Source: Orbicella franksi
Taxonomy: Eukaryota
Assembly (NCBI GenBank): GCA_964199315.1
Contig: OZ116700.1
Location: 23,994,001-24,058,000 of the forward strand
DNA: 64,000 nt
Reading direction: 5' to 3'
A model generated the notes under the pieces. It was not told the origin of the DNA and made no database searches. It saw only the letters and a list, made by a program, of their open reading frames with translations. Each line of letters starts with the position of its first letter. The stretch's first letter is position 1. This document shows positions 10,549 to 25,000 of the stretch, one piece after another. Made by a program: the position numbers and the translations under genes.

Positions 10549-13500
10549 TCATGTTTCTGCGATCTTGATGTCACACGGGAGCACGTTCCAACCAAGACTT
10601 GCATCAGCTTGGAGATTAATTTTTCTGCTCTTGAAGTAAATTCTTCTTACACAGCCGGTAAAACCAGTATCAAACTTTCTGTAAGTCATTTCCACAATGT
10701 TGTCGCCTCCTCCTGTTGATAAACAGTCAAAAAAAATAATAATAATAATTACTTTTCTTTAATGATTTTAAAAAGGAAAAAAACAGCAGGAACAAAAAGC
10801 AGCAAAAGGAAACGTGTGCAGAATGAAAGTGACCCTTTTTGCAAATGATCGCTAAGAAACCCTTAACCTTGAATTGAGTACTCTCTTAATGTGCGTAGTT
10901 TCTACAAGAAAAAAACTTTTACTTAAGGTAAACAAACATAAAACTTTGTTGTTCTTTTCGGGATGGCTTTTAAAAGAGAAGGCGTCGTGCTGTACAAGGT
11001 CACTGTTCGACATGGCAACCCAGAGCGAGTTCCAATTCTAATGGCCGAGACAAATTGAGGTCGTGAAGAAACACAAGTATCGTAAGTTAAGTTGCACTTT
11101 TAAGTGCCGCTTTCCCGTATTCACCTATAAGTATGGGTCCCTTCACGTTCAATCCGAGGCTTCCGTCAGCTGATGTGCCGTTAACAGGCTCTGTATCATC
11201 CACCTTGAGAGAACCTTCTTTGAAACTCCTGACAATGGAATAAAGAGATAGAGAGACAAACGTGTTTTGTTTTGTTTTTTTGTTTTTGTTTTTGTTTTTT
11301 TCCTGGAAAAACTATCCTGCAGCACGATTCAAGTTTTCATTTTTGTCCAGATTGAGGGAAAGAAGGTTCACCCAAAAAAACACATAGAGCAAAATGATAA
11401 AAGGTGATACCTACAATAAACTTCGACAGTGAAAATAGTTAATACGAGATATATGTTTTCCTTTTCTCGTTCGAGTATTTATTTGAGGCGTTCCGTCACG
11501 ATATGAGGAACATAACTAACAGATTCGCCATTCTTTGTTCTTTTAATTCAGATGTGCAGTTCCTTACCTGAACACTTCAACAGTATGCCACTGACCGTCG
11601 TTGACTGGTAACGAGGAGAGGAGAACAGCGGGACCCGAGCCCAGCTCAAATCTACGAAGCGAAATAAAACATCAGCGCCTTTCGGAACAAAAAGCAGCAA
11701 GCATTGAATGTAAAGTTTTTCTATGTTACCTGAAGAGACACATATTGCGCGCGCCAAATAAAAAAGAATATAAAAGATCGACAACCTGGCATCTATCAAA
11801 ACTGACCTGAACTCCAAGAATCCCTCTCTTAAACCGATTGCGAAGTAGTCTCTTCTCTACAAAGAAAGTAGAAATCTGAGCTGGTTAACGTCTTAAAGAC
11901 AGTGATTAACGTTTATCGCGTCTTTGTACATTGCCTCTCAGTCAAGCTCGATATAATAACATCAAGGTAAAAAACGATATCGTAACGTCCAAGGTCTTTC
12001 AAGGTTCGCACTGACCGCATTTCACCATTTCTAGGAATCAGTTTTCTCATATCCCGAAAGACTCTAACTGGGCAGCAATGCAACTTTTCATAACGCGATT
12101 CCAAAAACCCTCTATTTTCAAACATAAAGTGTTTTAAAATACCACAGCGAAAACAAAATCGCTAACCTGGCCTTGCCATAAAATTACTCCATTTGGTGCG
12201 TCGGTTTTTATTTCGAGTGACATATAATCTGGCTTTACTACCCTGAAAACACACAAAATACATATATCAAAGATCTAAAGCGTTCAATTTCCTGATCTGT
12301 TCGACAAAGTAAAGGTTTCTAAATGATTTGGAGAACATTACACGAGGTTGATCAGTTGATTAATGAAAAAACGTTCAGAGTAAGCCACTCTAAACACGCA
12401 ATGAATTTGAACCGTAATTGGGAAGGTCGAGTTAGCGTTTTGTGGTCATACCTTGGCCCTCGCATCAGAGTTCCTGGGAACTGTAAGTAACCATCTCCAC
12501 TGAAGGAAGCGCTGTTGCCAAGTTGAACAACTACGACGAAAAAGATATAGTAAGTTAGCAGTAAGTGGGCTTGTCACCTTGTCGTGGTGGTAGAGCTTGC
12601 GTGTCTCAGTGACCCCAAGAGCTATGGCGGTGGGGACTTAGTCCCTGGTGGGTTCAACCGTGCCGGATTGGTCGAGGGATAGAGCCCTGACATAGGACAG
12701 CCCCTGGTCCTCCAGGTTAGGGGTTGGGCGTTAGGCTAATCACCTAACCTTGTACAAAAATGAATGATTACAGAAACCTTCCAGGCCCTATGTGCCAACT
12801 TGGCGCCAGGGGACAGGTGAAGGTGAAGTTAGCACAGGAAACAATCTTGGAAATAGCTGGAAACAATAGTTGCGAGCATAGAACAAGAATAATTCAGATT
12901 GTTCAAACGTTAGATTATTTAAAAAAAGATTTACCTTAATTACCAATCAAACTAAGAGATAAATACATGGAAAACTGTAAGCACGACCACTTCGGTGCTC
13001 AGATTTACTTTCCTCAACCTAGATCAGCATTGCAGTATTACCATTCTTATCTTACGGAGATTAATCTCTACCAAACTCTAGAATAAACGACATCTTCGTT
13101 TTTTTTTTCTTAAGGGACAAAAGAAACTGCAAAACGCCATATTATTGAGACACCTGCCTTGAGCAGAATCAAGGTGTGATCTGCATAGGCGATTTATTCA
13201 ACCAGCTACATAAGAAGACCCTCCCAACCCCACCCCCACCCCACGAAATAATGCGACGAAATGTAATATGAATGCCCGACGAAAGAATACCTTAGAACAA
13301 GCCTAACCTAGCTGTTTCGTTCTACTAGGAACTCGATATCACTCCGTAAAGCATAGTCGATAATGGGAGAAAGTTGTTATTTCTCCCACCTTAGTGATCC
13401 AACACATCTGGTGCACCTTGATGTATCTCTGAATACAAACGCACCAGTAGTCTTAGACTACTGTACAAGAATACTTACAACTCTCACAACGCTCTCCTCC

Positions 13501-16500
13501 ATATCCTAACCGGCACGCACATATCCTATCAGAGCTAGGGAAAGCTATTCCACTATTCAGACAAGTCTTGTTCTTTTCCGGTCCGACCATAGTGAACTCG
13601 CAATGTCGTCCTGTGTACCCTTGTGCGCAAGAACAAACATAAGCGGTTTTCCCTATCGGTATGCAAGTGGCATTGTTTAGACACGGTTTTATTTCACAAG
13701 GTAACAGGCATTCTGTACACTGTTTGATGTCACGCAATTTGAGGTTAGACATGATCAAGTTAATCTCTCTGTCGTCTACAGACACGGCAGATATACAGCC
13801 GACCAGTCCAGTGTCAACGCCAACTTTGCGAGTATCTATCGCTGTGAAGTTTTCCACGCCGCCTATGAACAAGTCTAAAGCGAGGTTCAATCCTTTTAAG
13901 CAGCACGGCGAGTAGTCTGAGACAGGTGGATCGCTATCGAATGTAAGCGAGCTCCAGTCAAGAACACGTTCCACTAAAACAGTGTGCCACATTCCTACGG
14001 TGATGTTTCTGGAGCTTCGCACAATACCAGGGCCGCTCCCTAGATTAAACATAAACACCACTTTACCGCCAATAATAGCTAGCGAGATAAAGTCTCCTCG
14101 TCTAGGGTAACTTCGCTGACCATTGTACAGCAGGAGCATGTTGCCTGACCTTTGAACCATAAATCTAACGGCGAGTTTTAATTGTTGAACAGCGCCTTCG
14201 ATACCGGGGAATGACATGAAGGAATTACCCTCGAACATGGGCCTGTCTATGAGAGTTCCTAAAGAAAGGGAGGAAAGAAATCGTAATGAATAACAAAGCT
14301 AAACGTTTGACAAGCAATGCATCGAACAAACAAAAATTATTGATATTTTCATCGCGATAAAAACCGAGAAGGGAGGAAAAGATTAAACCTCTTTCAAAAA
14401 TTATTCAGAAGAGAGAGAATTGGTTCGGGACTTGTGTGTTTACGCTATTACACTATTGTGATGCTGCGTGAATTTAAGTAACTGTAGCAATCTCTATTTT
14501 AGTAGAAAACTTCTAGAGCTCCTTTTTAGTTACAACACACCTTCTTCACACCTTTCTCCAGAATAGCCTGCAGGGCATATACATTTAAAACCGTCTTCAC
14601 CAACATTCTCGCAACGCCCTTCATTGCAAACTCCCGGAGAACATCGCTGACCAGCACCTTGACAAGTTCTTCCCGAGTAGCCAGGCCTGCAAATACAGAC
14701 AAAGCCCCAGGCTCCACTGACTTCCCTGCAGGAACCACCGTTCTTACAAGGCCTAGTTGCACAAACGTCACAATCTTCCAGGCCCACTCGGTTAACGGGA
14801 TCACCTATGTAAGGTAAAAATAATGCGGGTACAATATCTACAAAGTCAGTGATGGAATTAAGCTTTTTTAGATGTACCGACATGACTTGATAAAGCCGGG
14901 TTCAAAGATATACCTTGAAAACCCAGCACAAAGGCTGTACCGAGAGAATCTGATCGGGTAGAGGTCTTGACAGTGCGGACAGAGCGCAGCGAGTTTGTAC
15001 TAAAAGACCAAGGACCGATATCCTCCCAGTTCGGCCCAGCGTACGGCTTAGTAAATAAGATATTTATAACACGACTGAAACTATTTACCAGAAATGCCAC
15101 GATCACGGGCTGGGAAGGCACCGTAAGGTTCCAATACCCAATTCTAATAGAAAAGCCGACTAAGCGCATAGATACAACAGACGTTTTAAAACAAAAAGAA
15201 GGGCACGACAATTGGAGCGAAAAAAATTAAAAAAGCCATAAAACTACCAGAAAATTATCAAGCATCTTTTAGAACAGCACTTAGTCAAATATTTAGAAAG
15301 TACTTGACTGCTAATGATCGATTTTTTGTTATTGGCGTTCTGAACTGTTGACGCGTGTCTGTTCAGTAACAGATCACAGAACATTAGCGACACACCCGGC
15401 TATCGCCCCGTGTGTCATTTTTGTTGTTGTTCTTACCACATTTTGAAGTCATCCGTGATCAAATTCTGAAGAGACTCACGGCAACATGGAAAATGTTATC
15501 CATTAAACAGAAAGACGACCACTCGATCTGCGTACGCACTTGGTAATACGCTTCTCAAGAAATAATGATCACACGACGTTTGAATGAGAATTAAGTACAG
15601 TTAAATAGGGGTTTGAAATAGAAAACAATACGAAAAACTTACCCAGCTCAGCCACTTTGCCATCAATAACCAAGTAGCTCAAACAGCCAACGAACCCTGA
15701 TTCGAAACCTGACGAAGAACTTATGGAAGAAAAGTCAGGGACTCCCCCCACGAACAAATTTTGGTTCAAGTTCAGCCCAGTACTACCCCCCTTAGAAGTT
15801 CCTGTCACAGGTGGCTTGCTATCAACGGTCAGATTTCCCACTTTTTCGTCACGAGATAGAATAACAGTGTGCCACTCGAACCGACGCAGTGGCTGCTGGC
15901 TTCTGATGATTGCAGGCTCGAAGCCGAGGTTAAATCTGTAATTTAACGAAACATCCGTAGTAAATTGTTTATCTAGATTGTTGCAAGATATTGAAACACA
16001 AGGTTAACTCTATGACTTGATTATATAACGAGATTAAGCTCAATAGCATTTAATGAATTTGTGATACAGTGCCAAGATCCTAAGCCTGGAAGCGTTATCA
16101 CAGTGAATTTCTCGGTGGCCTTGTCGACGTAAGCCTCTTACGCACACGTTCTTTTGGCTTGCTGCGCGACGAGCCAAAAGATTGTCAGGGCATGAGGCTA
16201 CATCGAGTTTAAAAGCTGAAATGTTTGGAGAGTCCACGAAAGGTTTTCGCTCGTTTGACGGGCAGATGACGTCAACGTCCGCTCACTTATTCAACTGTTC
16301 TAACTGCAAATTGATGAAAGTCGATGAGAGTTGTCCTAGGCTCGTCTTTTCAACTGTTGTGTACTCTTGTACCAATTCGATTACGCATTCACGGGTCTCT
16401 CGGTAATCGCTTTAATTCTAAGTTGTTTTGATCTCTTTTACAAACTTAAAAGTAGCCGACAATAACAAATTACTAGTCAGATAAAATACTACCACAACGA

Positions 16501-16782
16501 TTTGAATTAACGCCAAATTTATTTGGAAGGTCACGAGAGGTTCCTTATAGTGGGACTGTTTACTTGATAAAGTCACGTACCTAAACTCGGCAAATCCATC
16601 TGACATTCCAAACGATATAAAATCTCCCACGGATCCTTTGGTGAGCTGATCGTTGTATAATATGAGGCCATTTGCCAGTTCTGGTGCGAACACGATCTCG
16701 ACAGTGAAATTAAGGGGCTCCTTAGTCAATGTTGGCAGGCTTAGATAGGACAGCGGCTGCTGAGTGAACTTTGGTACTGTTA
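10549..16782 (-). CDS. HSPG2: Perlecan domain V (endorepellin-like): LG1-EGF-EGF-LG2-EGF-EGF-LG3 (exons 49-58)
   Basis: LG motifs (NGLILYN...GDFISFG...[28 protein letters not shown]), EGF exon 14541-14804, LG2+EGF exon 13479-14258, and LG3 spread over six small exons ending ...[17 protein letters not shown] (stop 10549-10551). Confidence 0.92.
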
Positions 16783-18978
16783 CTAAAGGAAAAGGGTATA
16801 AGTATTAGTTGCAGTCGTTGGGGAAGGAAAGGACAATACTCCACTTGGGCAGAATCCGTGACATTTGAGAAAATTGATTGAAACTGCGGTTTACTTCAGA
16901 TATGCTGCTGACGTCAAACATTACGGAGTGTTCGCGAGTGACAGCGCTATACTTTTAATAGAGAGTGAAAACTAAAAGAGATTCTGAAGAGGGCGTTGGG
17001 TCGAGATCGATATGAAAGGAGGAAATTTCGAAAGGTGGAAGATCCTTGGAGATGTACTGATATTTTGCTACATTCATCTAACCCTAAGAGATCGAGTTTC
17101 GATAATTTACGGTCATAGCTTAGATTAACAAAGTGAAAATGTTAAAGTGAAGTTTAACTTTAAGGTACAGTTTGAGATGCATAGAAGAGAAGCTCTGTAC
17201 TCGGAACTTTTCTAGACAATGTCCTAATTCAATTTTTTACATGGTACCTTTAATTTCTAAAGTTCCGTTTCCTTCTGCTGTTCCTTCGACATTTGAAACT
17301 TCGCAGAAATAAATTCCAGCATCCTCTTGGGTCACGTTAGCTATCCTAAGTACTCCATCACGTACAGTGCTATTGACAGGAAGTGAACCGTTCAATTTAC
17401 GCCAAGTCAGTTGTGGTGAAGGCGAACCGCTGGCGATGCATGTTAACTCTGCAGGCTCACCTATCTTCACACGGGATTTTTGTGGTGTAACTGTGACTTT
17501 GGGAGCCTCTAAGAACAAGGAGAAAAGTTCGTTGTCGTTTTAGAATAACAAAGGGAATAAACTTAATCTAGATCAGCCACTGTCCTGAATGTTCATCGCA
17601 GAGTTTGAAAATTTTTTGAGGTTATTGATTGAGAAAAGTAGTTGACAAAAATACTTGCCTGTTTTGATTTGAAATGTTGCAACGTGGGAGAACATAGTCA
17701 ATAAGTTTGTTTTACAGCGCTTATAGGTGGTTTTGAAAGTGTTGTGTGACTGCTTTGAAATGACGGCTTAGAACGAGGCTTACTTAGTTTAACAACGAGT
17801 TTTATCCAAACCAACACGAACCTTGTACGAAGATAGCAACCTGTGATTGCACTGAGCCTACTCTGTTGGTCGCATCGCAAGCATACGCTCCGCCATGGGA
17901 ATGCTGGGCGTTGGTGATAACCAGAACTCCACCTTCGACAACTATTCCTTCTGGCAAGGGACTACCAACACGGGACCACGTAATTTCGGGTTTCGGGATT
18001 CCAGTCCCGCGACATTCAAGTGTCAGTGCCCCGCCGACAGGTACAGTTTTGACAGACGCTCCGCCAGTTATTGTCACACTGGGAAGATCTGAAAAGAAAA
18101 GCAAAAAACAAAAATCCTGGAATGTACTTCGGCCAAGAACGCTAGCAACGCCAAACTGTCCTAACTACTACAAACTGTTATAACTAGGTTTTCCTGTTTT
18201 CCGTCGAACGTATCTAGATGTGGTGCCAGTAAGAGTAGAATTGAAGGAAGGTTAAAGGAAGAAGACGTCCGCACACAGGCGAATGTTGATTTAGCTCAGG
18301 GAAAGGCTGGGCACATTCTGAGCACCAGACAAACTTTCTACTAAAGTCGAACTTCATATCAGCTGCACAAATGTCACGAATATATAGGACTCCGAAGATC
18401 GGGAGCAAGAGTGTGATTCGACTGCAGCATCAACAAGATAGACTTCGGTAAAACTTTGATGAAACAGATACCACAGGGACACCCCCCAGAAACTGGGACA
18501 CGAGTTCGACCGCTGTAACACTCCCAGGGGAGTTTTCTCGACGAAAACGAAGCAAAATATTTTCGACCACAGTAATGTTTCTGTCTTGGTTTCACCTGTC
18601 CACACTAATTCGCTTTTATTAGAAAACGCACACTTTTTGATAAGTCTCGCCTATCGTCCACACTAAAATGCCCGAAAACGCTGATGGAAACGACAGCATA
18701 TGACGCTTTATCGGCACCGTTTTCAAAAGCCTCCGTTTTCACCTATGCACACTAGAAAAGGAGCGTTTTCAAAAGGTTCCAGTTTTGAAACCGTTTTCGA
18801 AAGCCTCCGTATTCATCAGTGTTTTGGATCGTTTTAGCGTGGACGATAGGCGAAAACGCACTAAAAAGTATGCCTTTTCTTGCGAAAACGCGTTGGTGCG
18901 GGCCTCAGAAAAAGATATTCGATAAACGCCGCTTCCAAGGACATTCAACCCCCCCCCCAAAATAATAATAATGATAAA

Positions 18979-19009
<31 letters not shown>

Positions 19010-22000
19010 CAAAATGAAATCACAAACCTTCCACTGTGAGTGCGACAGGTTTCTGAGAAAATCCGGCCGCATTGGTAGCCGTGCATAGGTACCGTCCTTC
19101 ATCCAATCCCACAAGACCTGTCAGAGTTAAGACATCGTTTTCAACCAGGTGCCTTCTTGGAAGGATCATGCCTTCTTTTGTCCACGTGATCACAGGTTCT
19201 GGTATGCCGGATGCATTGCACTGGAAACTAACATTCGACCCAGGCGAGGCTACCAAGGCCACCGGGGAGACCGCTACTTGCGGCGCAACTACAAAAAATC
19301 GAAATAAATGATTCATTAACTAGAAACGGAAATTTTAGTTTTGCTTATTATTAGTTTTACTTCTTTTATTAACAAAAATACCTGAATTAACTGAAACTGC
19401 TATTACTGGATAGAGGAGATGAATTTCGAACCAAAGTGTTGCAGCATCATCTACAACCTTATTTTACAATTCAGAGTTGATATCAGGTAAATTTCCTGCC
19501 GATTTAGGTAAGGTAAAACACTTTGCTATCGCTGTCGCTTTTTAATTAAGGTTAAGGTGAAAGAAGAGTACATGAAAAACAGAAGCAGTGTTCAATATTG
19601 GGACCCATGAGCGTAACACGAAAGCAGAGTCCTTAGAACATAAAATATTGTTGCCTCTCTATGACTTCAGATAATCTTTTAATAACACAAAAGAAGCCTG
19701 AGAGATAAGATTTCTGAAAGATGGAACTCAGACCATCTATTTATGGTGGTGTCAGCGTTTAGAACGGATAGAATATTTAAGTTTACCTAATCTAAATATT
19801 ATCAAATTGGAAATCCTTACCAAACACTGTGACACTTGTAAAATTTTCACTAGAGCCAGCGGCATTGCTAGCGTGACAGCGGTACTTGCCCGTGTGTTCC
19901 ACTTCCACCTGGTCAACAATCAACGTTTCCTTGTCTTGCTTACTTCCGGCTGGGATACTTCCGTTAACTTTCGACCACTTGACCGGAAGAAGCGGTCTAA
20001 CGAAGCAAAAGAGGCGAAAGGAACTTCCATGATTCACGGAGAGCTGGGAAGGAGTAACTTCGACGTGAGGAGGAACTAGGATATAATACAAAGGCGATGT
20101 CAATATGATGGACAATATAGAGGAAAACTTCATCTCCGGCTTCACTTATCTCAATAAGAGTTGAATTCGAACAATTAAACTAGGATCCGATAGACTCAGT
20201 TGACTTTCGTATCATGTTATCAGTTAAACGAATGAAAGTAAACGTTTCCGTCCCTGTTGTGATCTCGTCAAAGCCGCGTGCCACGAATTTATCGTGATCG
20301 GTATGTCAAGGGACCAGCTCAGCATCTCAGTTGAGTTTCCGTTTCTCTGCTTCTCGACTTGTACTTTTGGGTTAAAGAAATAACGGAACTCTCTCTTCAG
20401 TAATACTAGAGGGCCTGCAAGGTAGTCTACAGAACGGAGCCACATAGTATGCAAACGATCCATGACAAGGTATTAAAATATTTTCAGAAGGAACACGGAA
20501 ACCACTGTGCGTTGCACTAGAAACTATCCAAAAGTACTGTTTATGGAACGATTTGTGTTAATTCGCTTGGGATCTGTTCTACGTCATGTTACATTTCCTT
20601 ACCTATGACCTCTAACTGGACATTAGCACTATCTTCTCCTTCGCTGTTGACAGCCTTGCAAGTGTATGTGCCCGCGTCTTCTGGGCCTGCAGACGGAATA
20701 GTCAGCAGACCATTCCTAGCAAGCGCACCGTTGGGTAGATCAGAGCCCAGTCTCTCCCAGGCGATGCTCGGAGTTGGTATCCCAGAAGCTTTACAGCGGA
20801 ACTCGGCCTTTTCACCTTCGATGACGGTTTCAGAAATAGATACCACCGCAACTTCTGGAGCTTCGTGAGCCACAGTAACTGTACAATAATCAAATTTGAT
20901 CTGACATAAATGGCCATTAAACTGGTAGTTTAAGTACTAGTAAACCACCTCAACTCAGTTGAGAGGGAAGTTATATTATTCGAAACACAAGAAACTTCAG
21001 ACGCTGGAGGCAATAATAATTCTATTCAGAGTACTTGCTACTAAACAACACACAACTGCAATTCCAATACGTCCATCGAGAAAAGTGCGACCGTTGATGA
21101 AATGTTCGAGTTTTGCGGCAGTCATCGAAAAGCTCTAACGTTCATATGATTTTTTTGTTCTGATGTCACCAAATTAGTATTTCGGAGTCCTTTTTCTTCA
21201 CGATAAAACATTTAGTCTATGCAACCTCTCTTTCTTTGTCCATATATTATGTATCTCTATCGAGGAATGCTTTTGTGCACCTTTACGGTGTACTTCTATT
21301 TTTAGCCCTGGTCCCAGTTGTTCGAAGGATGGATAACGTTATCCACCGGTAAAATCGCTATCCAGTGGTAAGTGATAACAAAACAAACCACGCCAACCAC
21401 TGGATAGTGATTTATCCGGTGGATAGTGTTGGTTTAAACGGCAACTGTTGCTTCGTGAATCAACTCATGTTACTGTTTTGGAGAGATTATTGACTATACC
21501 CAAAATTTCCTTCAGACTTCACTTAAAATCTTTGAAGACTATACAATGCTAAATTACCTATCAACTGAACACTTTCCCGCGCTGTCCCCACCAAGTTTCT
21601 AGCTTGGCACGTGTATGTACCCTCATCACTGGGCCTGGCGTCCTCGATGATCAGTTTGAACAAGCCAGACCTGCTTTCTACCTGCTGAAGATTGGATCGA
21701 GAATCCTCCGGTGCAATCCATTGAACAGACGGAGGGGGGTCACCTGCGGCAGCACATTCCAGAATCACCGTTCTACCAGCTGTTGCAGACACAGGACTGG
21801 AGGGACTAACTATGATGTTGGGTTCACCTGCGAAATAGATGTGGATAGTTCATCCCTTTTGACCTCAGATACTACATGAAATGTTGGTTTATGCCTAAGA
21901 AGACACCTAAGTCTCAGACCATTGACGTATTATACAATATACCCTATTAATTAACATGAAAATTATCATCAATTAACCTTTTGACTCGCGGTTCGTGCTC

Positions 22001-25000
22001 AGAATTTGCGGTAAACCAAGAAAACGCCTTTGACTCTTTTTAACCCTTTTGGAATTAAACGGTTACGAAACCTTCAGCCATTCTTCAAGATATTTTTAGC
22101 AACGAACTTAGTCAGGCAAAGACTGACAAAATCCTGCCAGATTGATAAATAAGCAAGCTTTAACAGACCTTTATATGGGTTATTGACCAGCCTGTACGGT
22201 CAAGATGGCTGGATATTGGCCAGCTTGTTCGGTCAAGACGGCTGGCTGGATATTGGCCAAGTTATCTTTTTGCGGTTTATTTTCCTCTGTTTCCTAGATC
22301 ATCGCAGGCGCTGGATTATCAGCTTTGATTTCACAACAGTAAACCAAGGTCCATAAACCAGCAAACAAAAAGGAACGAGGCCAATACCCAGCTATCTTGA
22401 CCGAACAAGCCTAGTCAGTAAAGGATTTCTGATAAGGCTTTCTGAGACATTTTTCTTGCGGGACACAGCTTGTAGTCCCGAGCGGGCAAAATAGCCCCAT
22501 CTTGCCAGCTCGGGTAGCCAATCACAGCGCAGGATTTAGTTCATCTTGCCCGCTCACGGACCTAGTAGCCATATAATAATGCAATTAAGCGCTTGCTATA
22601 TACAGTATTGCCCGCCTTTAGCGTTCCTGTGTACGGTGGATAATCGATTTAGGGAACATTGACTACCTTGAACGATAAGAAGAGCGACAGCCTCAGTGGA
22701 TCCCATGACGTTTGTTGCCTTGCAGATGTACTTCCCCTGGCTATCTCCCGAGGCTGGCGAAATCACCAAAACGCCATCGTTACTGCTGTTTAGCGGCTTA
22801 TTCTCCTCTGTTTCCCAGACCACCGCAGGCGGTGGATTACCAGCCTTGACTACGCAACGGAAAACAACCGTGTCCCCTCCAGTCACTGTTAGCTTTTTTG
22901 CAGGCATGATTTCTATCTTTGGCATCACCTGACCTAAAAGAGTTGTAATAAATGTTCTTACATTGTTCTTAGCTCGAAACCTTGTCGCGACTCTTGTTCT
23001 ACAGATTGCTTTGTAATCCTTGATTCTGTCTCCACGAAATTTCAACTCAAACTCAAGGAAGCTATGTACATCAACTGGGAAAAGCTCAGTTTAAATCAAA
23101 GGGTCCATCACGTAAATTTGACACTTACCCTGCAGGTATTGTTGTTGATATTCACGCCTTCTTTCTTTGTTTTTAATTTTATGTTAGTATTTGTAGTTAA
23201 TTATGCATGCGTCTCTGGGTCGTTACAATATCAAACGGTTTTCGAACACCTTTTACAACTGACGAAGATGTGACTCACAGCGAAATATGTTTTACAAATT
23301 AATAAAACATCATGATATTTAAAAAAATCGCGATTTATTTGCTGCTTTCTTGACCATACTGTTTTTACACGTTGTCACACTCTGCCATCCTGCCTTAGAA
23401 AAATCACTATAACCTAATTACAGTCCTCTCTACCTTTGACGATTCTGTTAACATCTTCATTTTGGTATTCTGGGAGCATTTTGTGTACAAATGAAGGTAC
23501 TTATATTTTCAGTAATGTTTTGATCAAAATTGCAGCAATATCGTCTTGATAGTGTCCCTTTAACTGTGCAAGGATCCTTTTCTCAAGCTTTAGATTTCTT
23601 TCTCGTCATCACTCACTTCTGACAATTACAATGCTTGTTGCTTGCTTGACTCCTTTCTTGTTTTGTGCGATACACACATACATTCCTTCGTCCTCTTTCG
23701 TCGCTTCCTGGATTTGCAACAATCCCTCGATAATCACGTGATTGTCTGTTAACTCATCACCAACCTTTTTCCACTCTATGGAGGGGTAAGGATCGCCCGA
23801 GACCTGGCACGTAAGAAATACCGAGGCGCCTTCGTCGACAGTTTGGTTTGCTGGTGATATGACCGCAGTTGGCGGTACTGAGGTGTCTGAGGGAAAACAA
23901 GATAGAAGCCGAGTGTCATCAGTATACTAGCCAGTCAAAGTACCTTCTCGTGGAACGTTTTACTTCTCATTAGGTTCATACAAGATTTGATTTGTCATTG
24001 GCCAGTGACAACACCGAAAGAGACGTTCTTTTTTTCATTCCTATCGAACTAAACATTGCACTCAGACAATTCCTCTTGGGTGAGGTTATATTGTAACACA
24101 ACATAATATATTATTACTTGTGGGTTTTCCAACTTTTAGGCAGTACACAGAAACCACCCACACATAGAATTTATCGAGGTTTGACTGCTTTTCCCCTTCC
24201 ACGTACCATAATAACTTGGATTACGATTGACCGAGTATTGTCCATATCAAAAAGAATGAAAAATGCTCTGGAGTGGGAAATTGTTGGGTTCCATAGTGGT
24301 TTTTTCACTATACCTCTTTCGACAGTGAGAGTGACTAAGACACCATCGGCTCCGATTGCATTAGCAGCTGTGCAAACATAAGCACCGCCGTCCTCAAGGT
24401 TTGTAGGGAAAATACTCAGTAAACCATTCTCTGAAGAAGAAAACGGAGGCAGCCGACCGTTCTGACGTGACCAGCGAATAGTTGGAGTCGGGTCCCCTTC
24501 TGCAGTGCACTCGAACAAGGCCTGGTCACCTTCTAAGACCGTGAGTGTGATGGGTGTGACGGAGATAACAGGTGCACTACCAGGAGCTACGAGAAAGATG
24601 AAATAAGAGGGAAAACATCAAGAGCGGAAAGGCTGTTGAAGCCAGAATGATAGAGTAGCAAGAAATGGTTAATAAAACGAAAGCAAGAGCGGAAAGGCTG
24701 TTGAAGCCAGAATGATAGAGTAGCAAGAAATGGTTAATAAAACGAATGCATTGCGGCAAAACGGAATCATTGCAATGCAGTAAATGTTCCTCTGAAGCCA
24801 TTAGGACGAGAACAAAATAGAGTCACTCGTTTGTTACTAATGGCTAAGAAATCTTCGAACTGATGAATTCACTATAACTTCCGGCTCTAGGTTCGTTACT
24901 GTGACTTAAGAATGTCTTTCTCGTAACAGTGGTAATTAAACATCGCATTTAGTTTAGCAGCAAATAGAAAACTCTTTCATTTTGCTGTATCATTATACAG

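Noticed and set aside
12561-12760. HDV-like ribozyme in the RTE-type element
   Set aside because: I could not assign P1, P1.1, P2 and P3 consistently by eye. Left as a test only.
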